From Solirubrobacteraceae bacterium (GTDB taxonomy: Bacteria > Actinomycetota > Thermoleophilia > Solirubrobacterales > Solirubrobacteraceae), in assembly GCA_039744075.1 (NCBI GenBank), contig JBCJUC010000004.1, positions 16,629-80,628 of the forward strand: DNA of 64,000 nucleotides, read 5' to 3'. Numbering within the stretch: the stretch's first letter is position 1; every line of letters begins with the position of its first letter. Below, piece by piece: positions 46,689 to 56,946 of the stretch. Below the pieces are notes generated by a model, which saw only the letters and a program-made list of their open reading frames with translations, had not been told where the DNA came from and did no database searches. Both the position numbers and the translations under genes were made by a program.

Positions 46689-47453
46689 ATGAATATTGAA
46701 GGCAAGGGAGCAATCGTTTCCGGTGGCGCATCAGGACTCGGCGCGGCAACAGTCCGTCGCCTGCACGAGGCCGGCGCGCTCGTCGTCATCGCCGATGTCA
46801 ACCCCGAAAAGGGCGAGCCGCTGGCCGAAGAGCTCGGCATCCCGTTCGTCCAGACCGACGTCCGCCAGGAGGATCAGGTCCAGACAGCGGTCGACAAGGC
46901 CGCCGAGGCCGAGGGCGGCCTGCGGATCGCAATCTCCTGCGCCGGCACCGGCCTCCCGATCAAGGTCGCGTCGAGCAAGGGGCCCCACCCGCTTGATGCC
47001 TTCAAGGTGATCATCGACATCAACCTGATCGGCACCTTCAACCTGATGCGGCTCGCCGCCTTCAGCATGCTCAGCAACAACGCCCCGGACGAAGGGGGCG
47101 AGCGCGGCGTCTGCATCAACACGGCATCGGTTGCTGCCTTTGAGGGCCAGGTCGGGCAGATCGCTTATTCCGCCTCAAAGGGCGCCATCGTCGCCATGAC
47201 AATCCCAGCCGCGCGCGACCTCGCCGACAAGGGCATCCGTGTCAACACGATCGCCCCTGGCCTTTTCGACACGCCGCTGCTTGGCGCCCTGCCGGAGGAG
47301 CAACGCGCCGCGCTCGGCGCCCAGGTGCCGTTCCCGAACCGTCTGGGCCGACCTGACGAGTACGCCCAGCTGGCCCAGCAGATCGTTGAGAACCAGATGC
47401 TCAACGGTGAGACGATCCGGCTCGACGGCGCGATCCGGATGGCGCCGCGCTGA
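46689..47453 (+). CDS. SDR family 3-hydroxyacyl-CoA dehydrogenase (type-2 HADH-like)
   Basis: [14 protein letters not shown] and [12 protein letters not shown]. Start at ATG 46689 with AGGAG upstream. Confidence 0.85.
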   Translation: MNIEGKGAIVSGGASGLGAATVRRLHEAGALVVIADVNPEKGEPLAEELGIPFVQTDVRQEDQVQTAVDKAAEAEGGLRIAISCAGTGLPIKVASSKGPHPLDAFKVIIDINLIGTFNLMRLAAFSMLSNNAPDEGGERGVCINTASVAAFEGQVGQIAYSASKGAIVAMTIPAARDLADKGIRVNTIAPGLFDTPLLGALPEEQRAALGAQVPFPNRLGRPDEYAQLAQQIVENQMLNGETIRLDGAIRMAPR

Positions 47454-47460
47454 AGCGGCT

Positions 47461-48087
47461 TCAGAGTCCGAGGCCCTGAACGCCCAGCTCATCGAAGCCG
47501 ATGTGATGGGCCAGCTCATGGCGTACCGTCACGACGACCTGCTGGCGCAGCAGCTCGGCGTCGTGACCGAAGTCGCGGCGCAGCGTGTCACGGAAGATGA
47601 TGATCCGGTCGGGGTGGTTGTCGCGATGGGCCCCGTCGCCCTGATAAAGGCCGTATGCGCGATGTCGGCGCCCGCCGTTTGAGATCACGACGGCGACGTT
47701 GCGCTCCAGTGCGCTGCGCAGCAGATCCGGCAGCTCATCGAGCGCGTCGCGCACCAGCTCCTCGAAGTCCTCATCGTCAAACGGATCGAGATCGATGAAC
47801 TCGTTCTCATCAGGCTCAACCGCAAGCCCTTGCGCGGCAAGTCGTTCGCTTTCGATTACCAGCGCCTCAAACTCTTCCTCCGACTCCGGGCTGGTGTAGT
47901 TGGAGAGGCGAAAGCCGATCGCGATCGCGCCACCGAAGATGATCGCGACGATGAAAACGCCGAGCGCGACAATTTGGATCATGTGGAAGGTCGGGTTAAT
48001 GCTAAAGCCGCCAAGCAACACCGCAACGGTAATGCCGGCCGACAGCGCGACAACTGACGCGACTGCGATCCGCGATGGCGTTGGCAT
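47461..48087 (-). CDS. membrane-anchored zincin-like metallopeptidase family protein
   Basis: Two N-terminal TM helices, an acidic linker, and a C-terminal HExxH (VRHELAHHIGFDE) in a minimal zincin (DUF1025-like) context. Confidence 0.65.
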   Translation of the reverse strand: MPTPSRIAVASVVALSAGITVAVLLGGFSINPTFHMIQIVALGVFIVAIIFGGAIAIGFRLSNYTSPESEEEFEALVIESERLAAQGLAVEPDENEFIDLDPFDDEDFEELVRDALDELPDLLRSALERNVAVVISNGGRRHRAYGLYQGDGAHRDNHPDRIIIFRDTLRRDFGHDAELLRQQVVVTVRHELAHHIGFDELGVQGLGL

Positions 48088-48104
48088 CGTCAGCCTGCCA
48101 GCCC

Positions 48105-49253
48105 CTACCGCATCGCCCGCGAGATGACGATCCGCTGGATCTCGTTCGTGCCTTCGTAGATCTGGGTGATCTTGGCGTCGCGCATCATCCGCTCAACCGG
48201 GTATTCGCTGACGTAGCCGTAGCCGCCAAGTACCTGAACAGCCTCGGTCGTCACCCACATCGCCGTGTCGGAGGCGATCAGCTTGGCCATCGAGGTGAGC
48301 TTCGCCAACCCGGGCTCGCTGCGATCGGCGGCCGCCGATGCCCGGTAAGTCAGCTCGCGCGCGGCGGCGGTGCGCGCCTCCATCTCGGCCAGCTTGAAGG
48401 CAATCCCCTGATGTTCATGGATCGGCTTTCCGAAGGTGATCCGCTCCTTCGCGTACTGGTTGGCGAAGTCGGTCGCGCCCTGGGCGATGCCAACCGCCTG
48501 AGCGGCAGCGCCGAGCCGCGTGCGCTCCAGCACGCCGAGCGCCACGCCAAGCCCCTTCTCGGGGTCGCCGATCACGTTCTCCTGCGGCACACGGACCTCA
48601 TCGAAGATCGGCGAGCCGGTCGGCGAGCCTTTGATTCCCATCTTCTGCTCGAGCTTGCCGACCGAGAAGCCTTCGCGGTCGGCCTCGACAATGAAGGCAC
48701 CGATCCGGCGGTTCTCGCGGTCGGTTGAGGCCATCACGACGTAAAAGTCGGCGACGCCGGCGTTGGTGATCCAGTTCTTCGAACCGTTGAGCACCCACTC
48801 GTCACCGTCGCGCTTCGCCGTTGTCCGCATTGCTCCTGGGTCGGAGCCGGCCTCGGGCTCGGACAGCGCAAAGGCTGGCGACTGCTCGCCGGTCGCGCAG
48901 CGCGGTAGGAAGCGCTGCCTCTGCTCCTCGCTGCCGTAGAGCTGGATCGGCAGCGTGCCGAGATCCTGAACTATCAGAATCAGCGATGATGAGGCGCAGG
49001 CCTTAGCGATCTCCTCGATTGCAATGCTCAGCATCAGCGAGCCGGTTCCGGTACCGCCGTACTCCGGGCCGAACGGCAGGCTGAGAATGTCATTCTCGGC
49101 CAGCAGCTTGCGGATATCCCATGGATACTCGGCGCTGGCGTCGATGTCATGCGCGCGCGGAGCGATCTGCTGCTCAGCGATCTGGCGGATCGTTTCACGC
49201 AGGTCGAGGAACTCTTGCGGGATTGAGTAGGCGTCGGTCACGGTATCGGTCAT
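48105..49253 (-). CDS. acyl-CoA dehydrogenase
   Basis: LSEPEAGSDPG, WITNAG, GGYGYVSEYPVERMMRDAKITQIYEGTNEIQ. Start trimmed to ATG 49253. Confidence 0.88.
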   Translation of the reverse strand: MTDTVTDAYSIPQEFLDLRETIRQIAEQQIAPRAHDIDASAEYPWDIRKLLAENDILSLPFGPEYGGTGTGSLMLSIAIEEIAKACASSSLILIVQDLGTLPIQLYGSEEQRQRFLPRCATGEQSPAFALSEPEAGSDPGAMRTTAKRDGDEWVLNGSKNWITNAGVADFYVVMASTDRENRRIGAFIVEADREGFSVGKLEQKMGIKGSPTGSPIFDEVRVPQENVIGDPEKGLGVALGVLERTRLGAAAQAVGIAQGATDFANQYAKERITFGKPIHEHQGIAFKLAEMEARTAAARELTYRASAAADRSEPGLAKLTSMAKLIASDTAMWVTTEAVQVLGGYGYVSEYPVERMMRDAKITQIYEGTNEIQRIVISRAMR

Positions 49254-49308
49254 CGAGAGAGAGTAGTCAGCGGCGCTGCGTAGCATCAACGTCGTGGATG
49301 ACCCGATC

Positions 49309-49710
49309 ATGATCAATTCAGCGCTATCGATCCCGCTGCGCGAGATTCAGCTGCGCACCAGCCGCTCATCAGGACCCGGTGGCCAGCACGCCAACGTCAC
49401 CGACTCGCGCGTCGAGGCGATCTTCGACGTGCGCGAGGCGGCCTCACTGACAGCCCGCCAACGCGAGCTGATCATCGAGCGCTGCGGCGGCCCGGTGGTT
49501 CGCGCTATCGCCCAGGATGCCCGCAGCCAAGCACGCAACCGCGAGCTGGCGGTCGAGCGGCTGAGCGAGCGACTGCGCGAGGCGCTGAAGCTGCGCCGCG
49601 CGCGCCGTCCAACTCGCCCCAGCAAGGGCGAGAAGGAACGACGGCTGAAAGCCAAACGGGTCCGCTCAGCGAACAAGCAGAGCCGCAAGCCGCCGCGCCA
49701 CGACGACTAG
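49309..49710 (+). CDS. arfB: alternative ribosome rescue factor ArfB (peptidyl-tRNA hydrolase, RF-1 domain)
   Basis: GGQ motif SSGPGGQHANVT and a basic C-terminal tail KRVRSANKQSRKPPR. Start at ATG 49309; GTG 49294 is possible. Confidence 0.85.
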   Translation: MINSALSIPLREIQLRTSRSSGPGGQHANVTDSRVEAIFDVREAASLTARQRELIIERCGGPVVRAIAQDARSQARNRELAVERLSERLREALKLRRARRPTRPSKGEKERRLKAKRVRSANKQSRKPPRHDD

Positions 49711-49715
49711 GCGGC

Positions 49716-50819
49716 TTACAGGCCGGACGGGTGGCGAATCTTGAAGCCGTTCGACGAGCGCATGTCCGACTGCCAGCGCGAGCCGTTGTTGCCACGCCCG
49801 CTGGAGTCAAGGCGAATACCGGCGACCGTCATGTACATGTGGCCAGCGTTGGTGTAGATCGTGACCCATTTGCCCTTGCCAGCTTTGCCGAAGTCGAAGA
49901 AACCGTAGGAGGCCTCAGGACTCTTCATCAGGCCGGCGCCGCGTAGCGCGTAGCTGGCCAAGCCGGAGCAGTCGTAGCCGCTGTCTTCCCACTTACCGTG
50001 GCCGCCACCCCAGAGGTACGGCTTAAAAGCGATCTTGTTACCGGCAGCGATTATCTGCTGAACCTTGCGCGGCGCGTTCTCGGGCGCAATTGCGATGCCC
50101 TTCGCCGTAATCTTTGCTCGGTTGCCCGGTACCAGCGGCGCCGTCGGGTCGCCAGCGGCCGGGTCGTCGCTGTCGCCTGCTGAGGCGTCCTCGCCGACCA
50201 GTGTGCGCAGCACGTAAACATCGCCGGCGTCAACGACGCCGTCAACTGCCCGCTTCTGTTTTATTTCAAAGCGCTTCACGGCAGCAACGGTGCGGGCCTC
50301 AAACTCGCCATTGGGCACCGGCGAGCGGCGGTCGCCGGCGCGGCGCAGATAGGTCTGAAGCTCCTGTACGTCACGGCCGCTCATTCCGGCGACGATCGGC
50401 AGGCGCTTGCCGATCTTCTTCGTCACGCTGGGGTCGCTGCCGACGTTGGCGCCGCCGCTTGATTCAACCTTGCGCGGACCGCGCGCCGACTTCAGCAGCT
50501 CGTTGATTGTGTCCGGCGTTGCGACGCCGTTGACTGTCAACCGGGCAGCAAACTGGAAGCGGCGGACGGCCTCTGAAGTCTGTGCTGCGTAGCTGCCGGT
50601 TACCGGCACGCTGATGCCGACGCGGTTGAGTAGATCCTGCAGCGATGAGACGTTAGCGCCGGAAGCACCGGGGCGCAGCGTCTTGGCCTGGATCTTCGGT
50701 AGCGGCGACGGCGTCGCGGCGACCGGCGCGGTTGTGGCGGCAGATGCACCAGCTGCTGGTACCAGCAGGGCGACCAAGACAGTGGCGATAACTGGTTTTC
50801 GTTTGAGCGTGATTGTCAT
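49716..50819 (-). CDS. secreted peptidoglycan-binding protein with a C-terminal NlpC/P60-like endopeptidase domain
   Basis: Signal peptide, two PG_binding_1-like repeats (GASGANVSSLQDLLNRVG; MSGRDVQELQTYLRRAG), and a C-terminal YLWGGGHG...GYDCSGLASYALR...GHMYM. Confidence 0.8.
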   Translation of the reverse strand: MTITLKRKPVIATVLVALLVPAAGASAATTAPVAATPSPLPKIQAKTLRPGASGANVSSLQDLLNRVGISVPVTGSYAAQTSEAVRRFQFAARLTVNGVATPDTINELLKSARGPRKVESSGGANVGSDPSVTKKIGKRLPIVAGMSGRDVQELQTYLRRAGDRRSPVPNGEFEARTVAAVKRFEIKQKRAVDGVVDAGDVYVLRTLVGEDASAGDSDDPAAGDPTAPLVPGNRAKITAKGIAIAPENAPRKVQQIIAAGNKIAFKPYLWGGGHGKWEDSGYDCSGLASYALRGAGLMKSPEASYGFFDFGKAGKGKWVTIYTNAGHMYMTVAGIRLDSSGRGNNGSRWQSDMRSSNGFKIRHPSGL

Positions 50820-50836
50820 TCGGGGAACCCCCTCTT

Positions 50837-50985
50837 GTAGGCGCCTGCGGGGTTAGCTGTCGGGCTCGCGCGAAAAAGGGCCGCGCTACATCACACTTTG
50901 GTGACGATTCGCCCCGGGCCGGTGAAGGCCTTTGGTTCCCCCGCTCCTCGCAGTCCGTGGACTACAAGGATTCGGCTTGGTCACT
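50837..50985 (-). promoter_or_regulatory. cyclic-di-AMP (ydaO/yuaA-type) riboswitch
   Basis: The minus strand reads AGCCGAATCC...GAGGAGCGGGGGAACCAAAGG...CCGGGGCGAATCG...GCGAGCCCGACAGCTAACCCCGCAGGCG. It is directly upstream of the NlpC/P60 gene. Confidence 0.88.
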
Positions 50986-51024
50986 TCTTCGCAGCAGCAT
51001 AGCGAAATCCTACGATGGATTACG

Positions 51025-52170
51025 TCAACCTACGGTTACCGGATCACTCAGAAGTGCATCAAGGAGCGCCAAAACCACCTGTGAGCGGGGGAAAAGCGAG
51101 TCCAGATCGATGTATTCATCAGGATGATGGGAGTGCTCGCCGCACGGCCCGAGGCCATCGATTGTGCAGGCAATTGAAGCCGCGAAATGGCTCGCATCGC
51201 TGGCGCCGCCGCGCTCACCGGCGATCAGCGGGCGGCCCAGCAGCTCGGCCGCTGCTGCCAGCAGCGGCGCCGTCGCGGCGCGCGTATCCATTCCCGGCCA
51301 AGCCCGCTCGCGCGTGATCGTCAAGTCGGCGCCGTGCAGCTGCTCCGGCAGCGACGCTGCGACCACGTCGAGCGCCGTCAGGCTGTCGGCGCGAACGTCG
51401 CAGATCAGCTCGCCGCTGCCTGGCACAACGTTGATCGCGTCGCCGCTGCGCAGGATCGTCGGCACAGCGGTCAGCCGCTCCGGCCCGTCAGCGTCGCTTA
51501 GCGCTGCAACCAGCTGCGCCGCCTCGGCCAGCGCCAACAGCGCGTTGATCCCCTGCTCCGGCGCGCTGCCGCTGTGCGCGGCGCGGCCGTGGGCGACAAT
51601 CTTCAACGTGCCAGCGGCCTTGCGCCGGACAACGACGCAATCATCGCCGTTGGCTGTCCGCTGGCCTGCCTCAAAGCAGAGGCAGGCATCAAACCCTGCG
51701 AAGCGCTGCGCGTGGACGAAGCTGCCGCTGCGCCACTCCTCGTCATTAACCAGCAGCAGCGCCGCCTCGCCCAGCTGTTCGCGGCCTTCCAGCGCTCGTA
51801 GCGCGCCGAGCGCGAGGGCAACGCCGCCCTTCATATCGTCGGTCCCCGATCCCCTCAACCGGTGGCCACTGCGCTGCGGCGCGATAAAGGCCTCGTGCGC
51901 GACGACCGTGTCGAGGTGGCCGACCAGCAGGATCCGCCGCCGCCCCGGCCCGTCGACGCTGATCAGCAGGTCGGGGGCGTGCTCAAGCGTTGAACAGGCC
52001 AGCCGTTCGATCCGCGCCGAGGCCGGCGCAAGAGCAGCGGCCAGCGCAACGACCTGCTCGGCCGCGGCGGCGTCGCCCGACGGCGACGAGATCGCGACCA
52101 GCGCCTCGGTTTCGCGCTCTGCGGCGGCTGCCATCGCTGTCGCCTGACTGTCGATCGATTCGCGGCTCAC
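51025..52170 (-). CDS. M20 family metallopeptidase (carboxypeptidase G2 / deacylase-like)
   Basis: LLVGHLDTVV, GSGTDDMKGG, VNDEEW, and C-terminal GASDASHF. Confidence 0.82.
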   Translation of the reverse strand: MSRESIDSQATAMAAAAERETEALVAISSPSGDAAAAEQVVALAAALAPASARIERLACSTLEHAPDLLISVDGPGRRRILLVGHLDTVVAHEAFIAPQRSGHRLRGSGTDDMKGGVALALGALRALEGREQLGEAALLLVNDEEWRSGSFVHAQRFAGFDACLCFEAGQRTANGDDCVVVRRKAAGTLKIVAHGRAAHSGSAPEQGINALLALAEAAQLVAALSDADGPERLTAVPTILRSGDAINVVPGSGELICDVRADSLTALDVVAASLPEQLHGADLTITRERAWPGMDTRAATAPLLAAAAELLGRPLIAGERGGASDASHFAASIACTIDGLGPCGEHSHHPDEYIDLDSLFPRSQVVLALLDALLSDPVTVG

Positions 52171-52188
52171 TCGGATACTCTCTCACCA

Positions 52189-52656
52189 ATGGCAAGCAAA
52201 GCGCAGGTCGGTGATGCGGCCCCCGATTTTCAGCTGGATGGCACCGACGGGCCGTTCCGACTCTCCGAGCAGCACGGTAAGCCGGTAGTTCTGCTGTTCT
52301 ATCCCAGCGACAACACCCCCGTCTGCACAAAGCAGTTCTGCTCCTACCGCGATGACAGCGCCGAGATCGAGGCGCTCGACGCGACCGTCGTTGGGATCTC
52401 CTCACAGGACCTTGAATCGCACCGGCAGTTCACGCAGAAGAACTCGCTGACAATCCCGCTGCTGGCCGACACCGACAGAGCGGTCGCGAAGCTCTACGGC
52501 CTGACGGCGCCGCTGCTCGGAACGCGCCGCGCTGCGCTGATCGTCGACCAGGACGGAATTATCCGTTACCGCCACGTGCACGCGCTGGGCCTCAGCTTCC
52601 AGAGCGCCGAGCAGCTGGGAGCGGCGCTCGCAGCTTCTGCCGGCGCGCTAGCCTGA
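52189..52656 (+). CDS. bcp: thioredoxin-dependent peroxiredoxin Bcp
   Basis: APDFQL...VVLLFYPSDNTPVCTKQFCSYRD. Confidence 0.9.
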   Translation: MASKAQVGDAAPDFQLDGTDGPFRLSEQHGKPVVLLFYPSDNTPVCTKQFCSYRDDSAEIEALDATVVGISSQDLESHRQFTQKNSLTIPLLADTDRAVAKLYGLTAPLLGTRRAALIVDQDGIIRYRHVHALGLSFQSAEQLGAALAASAGALA

Positions 52657-52665
52657 GCTTTCCCG

Positions 52666-53520
52666 ATGAGTAGCGACGAACAAACCCCCGAGCAGCCTGC
52701 GCCGGCCGCCGACCCGCCGCTGGCTGAGCCTGAGCCGGCCGCCGACCCGCCGCTGACTGAGCAGGAGCCGGCCGCCGACCCGCCGCTGACTGAGCAGGAG
52801 CCGGCCGCCGACCCGCCGCTGGCTGAGCCTGCGCCGGCAGAAGCTGAGCCGGCAGAAGCTGCGCCAGCTGAGCCTGCACCGGCAGAAGCGGCGACTGAAG
52901 CCACGCCCGAAGCGAAGCCGAAGGGCAAGCCCAAACGGAAGCCGAAGCCCAAAGGCAAGCGGCCGCGCCCGCCGCAGTTTCCGAAGACGCGCGGCCAGCT
53001 GCCGATAGAGGAGCTGCGCGCAGCCTCGAAGGCGACGATCGACCTGTTTGGCGCGCAGCAAGCGATCCGCGCCTCGTTCGCCGTGCTGGCGCCGAAAGAG
53101 CGTCAGGACATCTCCGCCCTGATCGCCGCCGACGATGACCACCGTACGCGCGCCCGCAATGTCGCCAACGGCTCGCTCGGCGCTGGACGGATCGACAAGG
53201 CGATGGCGGCAACGATTGTCGCGATGGCGCCGGCCGAAGATCTTTGGATCGTCACGCTCGACAAGGAACAGGCTTCGCAACGGCTCGGCCGGATCCGCGC
53301 CGCCAAGCAGCGCGACCGCGAACGGACGGAGCGCAAAGAGGAACGTAAGAACAGCTCTGAGCGCGTCAGCCGCGATCAGCTGAAGGCGGCGCAGGACGGC
53401 CGCGTCGGCGCAACGATCCGCTTCGTCACCGACGACGATCGGCGCGAGCGCCGCGAGAAGAGCGACGAGCAGAAGGCTGCGAAGAAGAGCGGCTCAGTGC
53501 TCGACGAGCTCGGTTACTGA
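52666..53520 (+). CDS. hypothetical protein with an acidic Pro-rich tandem-repeat N-terminus, a K/P-rich basic segment and a charged C-terminal domain
   Basis: 4 x PAADPPL(A/T)E(P/Q)E, then KPKGKPKRKPKPKGKRPRPP, then about 170 aa that are not low complexity. GC3 supports the plus frame. Confidence 0.6.
   Translation: MSSDEQTPEQPAPAADPPLAEPEPAADPPLTEQEPAADPPLTEQEPAADPPLAEPAPAEAEPAEAAPAEPAPAEAATEATPEAKPKGKPKRKPKPKGKRPRPPQFPKTRGQLPIEELRAASKATIDLFGAQQAIRASFAVLAPKERQDISALIAADDDHRTRARNVANGSLGAGRIDKAMAATIVAMAPAEDLWIVTLDKEQASQRLGRIRAAKQRDRERTERKEERKNSSERVSRDQLKAAQDGRVGATIRFVTDDDRRERREKSDEQKAAKKSGSVLDELGY
52702..52833 (+). repeat. 4 tandem copies of a 33-bp coding repeat
   Basis: CCGGCCGCCGACCCGCCGCTG(G/A)CTGAGC(C/A)(T/G)G(A/C)G starting at 52702, 52735, 52768 and 52801. 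Copies 2 and 3 are identical. Confidence 0.9.
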
Positions 53521-53957
53521 CCGCCAGCACTAGCGAAGCGTGCCTCGTGAGCTGCGATCGCCTGGTCGGCCTTGGCCCGTGCGCCGCCGCTGACGAAGCG
53601 GCCGACCTGCTGGCGCTGGCTGGCAATCAGACGATAGAGAGCGTTAACCGGGCGCTCCAGTGCCCGCAGCAGCGGCGCAGCAGCGGCCAGCGGTGGCAAC
53701 GCCGCAAAAAGCGGCGGCGCCGCCGCTCCGCCCGATAGCAGTCGTCCCTCGCCGTCGATCAGATGGGCGCTGTCAAGCCGCTGCGCAGCCGGTATCGCCG
53801 CCAGCAGCCGCTCTCCTTCGTCCGACTGAATCGCGATCAGACGCAGCCGCTGGTCACGATCGGCGCGCAGCAGCTGCGCGACCGACCAGCGGCAGTAGCC
53901 GCACTGGCGGTCGTAGAAGACCAGCAACGCCGGCGCAGATCGGCCGTCAGTCGCCAA
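53514..53957 (-). CDS. DCC-family thiol-disulfide oxidoreductase (DUF393)
   Basis: LLVFYDRQCGYCRW motif. Overlaps the sufD stop by 11 nt. Confidence 0.75.
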   Translation of the reverse strand: MATDGRSAPALLVFYDRQCGYCRWSVAQLLRADRDQRLRLIAIQSDEGERLLAAIPAAQRLDSAHLIDGEGRLLSGGAAAPPLFAALPPLAAAAPLLRALERPVNALYRLIASQRQQVGRFVSGGARAKADQAIAAHEARFASAGGQ

Positions 53958-55179
53958 GGATCAGCTGCAGGCGCTGATCGATCGCTGCTGCAAGAGCGTC
54001 TCGCACTGGCCCTTGCTCAAAGCGGTCGACCAGTGCGTGCAGGAAGCCCTCGACAACCAGGCGGTGGGCGTCGGCCTCGCTTAGCCCATGCGAGCGCAGG
54101 TAGAAAAGCTGCTCGGGGTCAACTTGGGCGACCGCCGCGGCGTGCGTGCAGCGGACATCGTTAGCGAGAATCTCAAGCCCCGGAATCGAGTCGGCGTGAG
54201 CCTTGCGGCTGACCAGCAGGTTACGCGACTCTTGGAAGCCGTTGGTCCGCTGCGCGTCCTCGTCAACTTGGATCATGCCGCGCCAGACTGTGTGCGAGCG
54301 GTCGGCGAGAATGCCGCGGAAGGCCAGATCGGAGGTCGTGTCCGGCGCGGCGTGCTCCTGCAGCGTGTCGTAGTCAAGGTGCTGGCGAGCGCGAGTCGCG
54401 TAGGCGCCGGTGACGCGGGCGTCGGCGCCAGGGCCGGCCAGCTTTGTCTCAAGGAAGACCTTTCCATTGGCGGAGCCGAAGCCGAGCGTGATCCAATCGA
54501 GCGACGCGTCGCGCTCAATCACGGCGCGCTGCGAAGCGAAGACCCAGCTCTTTTCGCTCAGCGCCTGAGCGTCGATAAAGCGAAGCTGGGCGCCGGCGCC
54601 GACAACAAGCTCAACAACGCCGTTGACAAGCCCTTCAGCCTCCGGGTCGGTTGACAGCGACTGATGCCAAAGCTCAGCCTTGGCGCCTTCCTCGAGCACT
54701 ACCAGCAGGCGCCAGTGCAGCGCACTGCCAGCCTCCTGATGGACGGTGTTGATGATGATCGGAGCCGAGGCCTGAACGCCCTTCGGCACGTAAACCAGCA
54801 ATCCGTCACTCCAGAGCGCGTCGTTGCGCGTGATGAACGGGCTGGCCGGGTCGGCTACGACACTGCCGAGGTGCTGCTCAACAACTTCTGAATAGTGATC
54901 GGCTGCCAGCGCCAGCGGCATCACAACGATCGAGCCAGCGCCGGGATCCTGATCATCGGGAAGCAGCGCACCGTCTGAAGCGATCTCCAGCAGTGGCTGC
55001 GCGCTGTCCTGGGCGCCGGCAGCGGCGGGCGAAAAGCTGTCAAGCTCAAGCCCGTCGATCGGCGTAAACTCCCAGCCAGCGACGCCGCGGAACTCGGGCA
55101 GCTCAAGCGCCTCCAGCCGTGCCGCGGCTGCGGCACGGCGTTCGGCAAGAAACTGCGGTTCCACGGCGGCCTGCGTCAT
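53947..55179 (-). CDS. sufD: Fe-S cluster assembly protein SufD
   Basis: SufBD beta-helix region and C-terminal [28 protein letters not shown]. Follows sufB with a 4-nt overlap. Confidence 0.88.
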   Translation of the reverse strand: MTQAAVEPQFLAERRAAAAARLEALELPEFRGVAGWEFTPIDGLELDSFSPAAAGAQDSAQPLLEIASDGALLPDDQDPGAGSIVVMPLALAADHYSEVVEQHLGSVVADPASPFITRNDALWSDGLLVYVPKGVQASAPIIINTVHQEAGSALHWRLLVVLEEGAKAELWHQSLSTDPEAEGLVNGVVELVVGAGAQLRFIDAQALSEKSWVFASQRAVIERDASLDWITLGFGSANGKVFLETKLAGPGADARVTGAYATRARQHLDYDTLQEHAAPDTTSDLAFRGILADRSHTVWRGMIQVDEDAQRTNGFQESRNLLVSRKAHADSIPGLEILANDVRCTHAAAVAQVDPEQLFYLRSHGLSEADAHRLVVEGFLHALVDRFEQGPVRDALAAAIDQRLQLILGD

Positions 55180-56627
55180 CCGATTGAGCCTTCCATCTGC
55201 AGCTCGATCAGGCGGTTCATCTCAACCGCGTACTCCATCGGCAGCTCTTTGACGATCGGCTCGATGAAGCCGTTGACAATCAGCTTGCCGGCCTCTTCCT
55301 CACTGATTCCGTGGCTCATCAGATAGAAGAGCTGCTCGTCGCCGACCTTCGAGACCGTTGCCTCGTGGCCGACGTCAACATCGGGCTCGTCGATCCGAAT
55401 CGTCGGATAGGTATCGGAGCGGCTCAGATCGTCGAGCAGCAGCGCGTCACAGACAACCTTGCTCTTCGAGCCGCTAGCGCCCTTCCCGATCTCCAGCAGG
55501 CCGCGGTAGCTGGAGCGGCCGCCATGCTTGCTGATCGACTTCGCGAAAATATTTGAAGTCGTATTCGGCGCACAGTGAACGATCTTGCCGCCAGCGTCCT
55601 GATGCTGACCTTTGCCGGCGAAAGCGATCGAAAGGATCTCGCCGTGCGCCCGCTCGCCCATCAGGTAGACGCTCGGATACTTCATCGTCAGCTTCGAGCC
55701 GAGGTTGCAGTCAACCCATTCGACCGTCGCATCCTTCTCGGCAATGGCGCGCTTCGTGACAAGGTTGAAGACATTCGTCGACCAGTTCTGAATCGTTGTG
55801 TAACGAAGCCGTGCTCCTGGCTTGGCGATCAGTTCGACCACCGCCGAGTGCAGCGAGTCGCTCGAATGGGTCGGCGCCGTGCAGCCTTCGACGTAGTGAA
55901 CTTCAGAGCCTTCGTCGGCAATGATGATCGTCCGCTCAAACTGCCCCATATTTTCTGTGTTGATGCGGAAGTAAGCCTGCAGCGGCAGCGCGACCTTAAC
56001 GCCGGGCGGCACGTAAACGAATGATCCACCCGACCAGACGGCACTGTTCAGCGCCGCCAGCTTGTTGTCGTTGAGCGGAATGATCGTTGCGAAGTACTCG
56101 CGCACCATTTCCTCGTGCTCGCGCAGAGCGGTATCCATGTCGACGAAGATCACGCCTTGGTCCTCAAGCTCCTTATTGACCTGGTGATAGACGACCTCAG
56201 ATTCATACTGAGCGCCCACGCCGGAGATCATGAACTTCTGCTCAGCCTCAGCAATCCCGAGCCGCTCAAAGGTCGTCTTCACATCCTCGGAGACGTCATC
56301 CCAGGAGGTTTCCGGCTTCTCCGAGGCACGGACGAAGTAGTGGATGTTGTCGAAGTCAACCTCGGCCAGCACTGGCGAACCCCAGGTAGGCATCTCACGG
56401 GCGAGGAAGTAGTCGAGCGACTTAAGGCGCAGGTCGCGCATCCACTGCGGCTCGTCCTTGAACTCCGAGATCATCTCGACTATTTCACGCGACAGCCCCT
56501 TCGGTGCCTTGTACAGATAGTCCTCGGCGTTGTGGAAGCCGTAGCGCTCGGTGTAGTCGGCGTTCAGGTCCTTCAGCCCCTCCTCTTCACTGGTCATCGG
56601 GGTCTGCATCTGGTCGGAAATAGCCAT
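55176..56627 (-). CDS. sufB: Fe-S cluster assembly scaffold SufB
   Basis: [47 protein letters not shown]. Confidence 0.93.
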   Translation of the reverse strand: MAISDQMQTPMTSEEEGLKDLNADYTERYGFHNAEDYLYKAPKGLSREIVEMISEFKDEPQWMRDLRLKSLDYFLAREMPTWGSPVLAEVDFDNIHYFVRASEKPETSWDDVSEDVKTTFERLGIAEAEQKFMISGVGAQYESEVVYHQVNKELEDQGVIFVDMDTALREHEEMVREYFATIIPLNDNKLAALNSAVWSGGSFVYVPPGVKVALPLQAYFRINTENMGQFERTIIIADEGSEVHYVEGCTAPTHSSDSLHSAVVELIAKPGARLRYTTIQNWSTNVFNLVTKRAIAEKDATVEWVDCNLGSKLTMKYPSVYLMGERAHGEILSIAFAGKGQHQDAGGKIVHCAPNTTSNIFAKSISKHGGRSSYRGLLEIGKGASGSKSKVVCDALLLDDLSRSDTYPTIRIDEPDVDVGHEATVSKVGDEQLFYLMSHGISEEEAGKLIVNGFIEPIVKELPMEYAVEMNRLIELQMEGSIG

Positions 56628-56628
56628 T

Positions 56629-56946
56629 TCAGTCCACCTCGATCTTGATTAGTCCATCATTAGTTAGAACAGCAAAAGTCTCTACAGGGGTATATGCGGG
56701 AAGCGTTTTCGGGATGCCAGTGCGTAGGTCGAAGATCGCACCGTGGCGCGGACATTCGATCGTGCGAGCCTCCTCGTCCAGCTCGCCTTCAGCCAGCGAT
56801 CCGCCGTCGTGTGAGCAGATGTCTTCCATCGCCAGTAGTTCGCCGTCGCAGTTGACGACGACGATCTCGAGATCCTCCCACTCGACCACGCGCCGATCGC
56901 CGGGCGCCATCTCGTCAACGGCGCAGATGTCAAGCAGCGGGCTCAC
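56629..56946 (-). CDS. Rieske-type [2Fe-2S] ferredoxin-like protein
   Basis: CSHDGGSL...CPRHGAIF. The GTG start at 56946 overlaps the sufU TGA (GTGA), with GGGAGG upstream. The longest ORF to 57054 is rejected. Confidence 0.8.
   Translation of the reverse strand: MSPLLDICAVDEMAPGDRRVVEWEDLEIVVVNCDGELLAMEDICSHDGGSLAEGELDEEARTIECPRHGAIFDLRTGIPKTLPAYTPVETFAVLTNDGLIKIEVD

Noticed and set aside
52566-53280. Three minus-strand ORFs with SAGSAAG-type repeats
   Set aside because: They are the mirror image of the plus-strand 33-bp repeats and overlap the bcp 3' end. The plus frame continues into a non-repetitive domain and has the better GC3 pattern.
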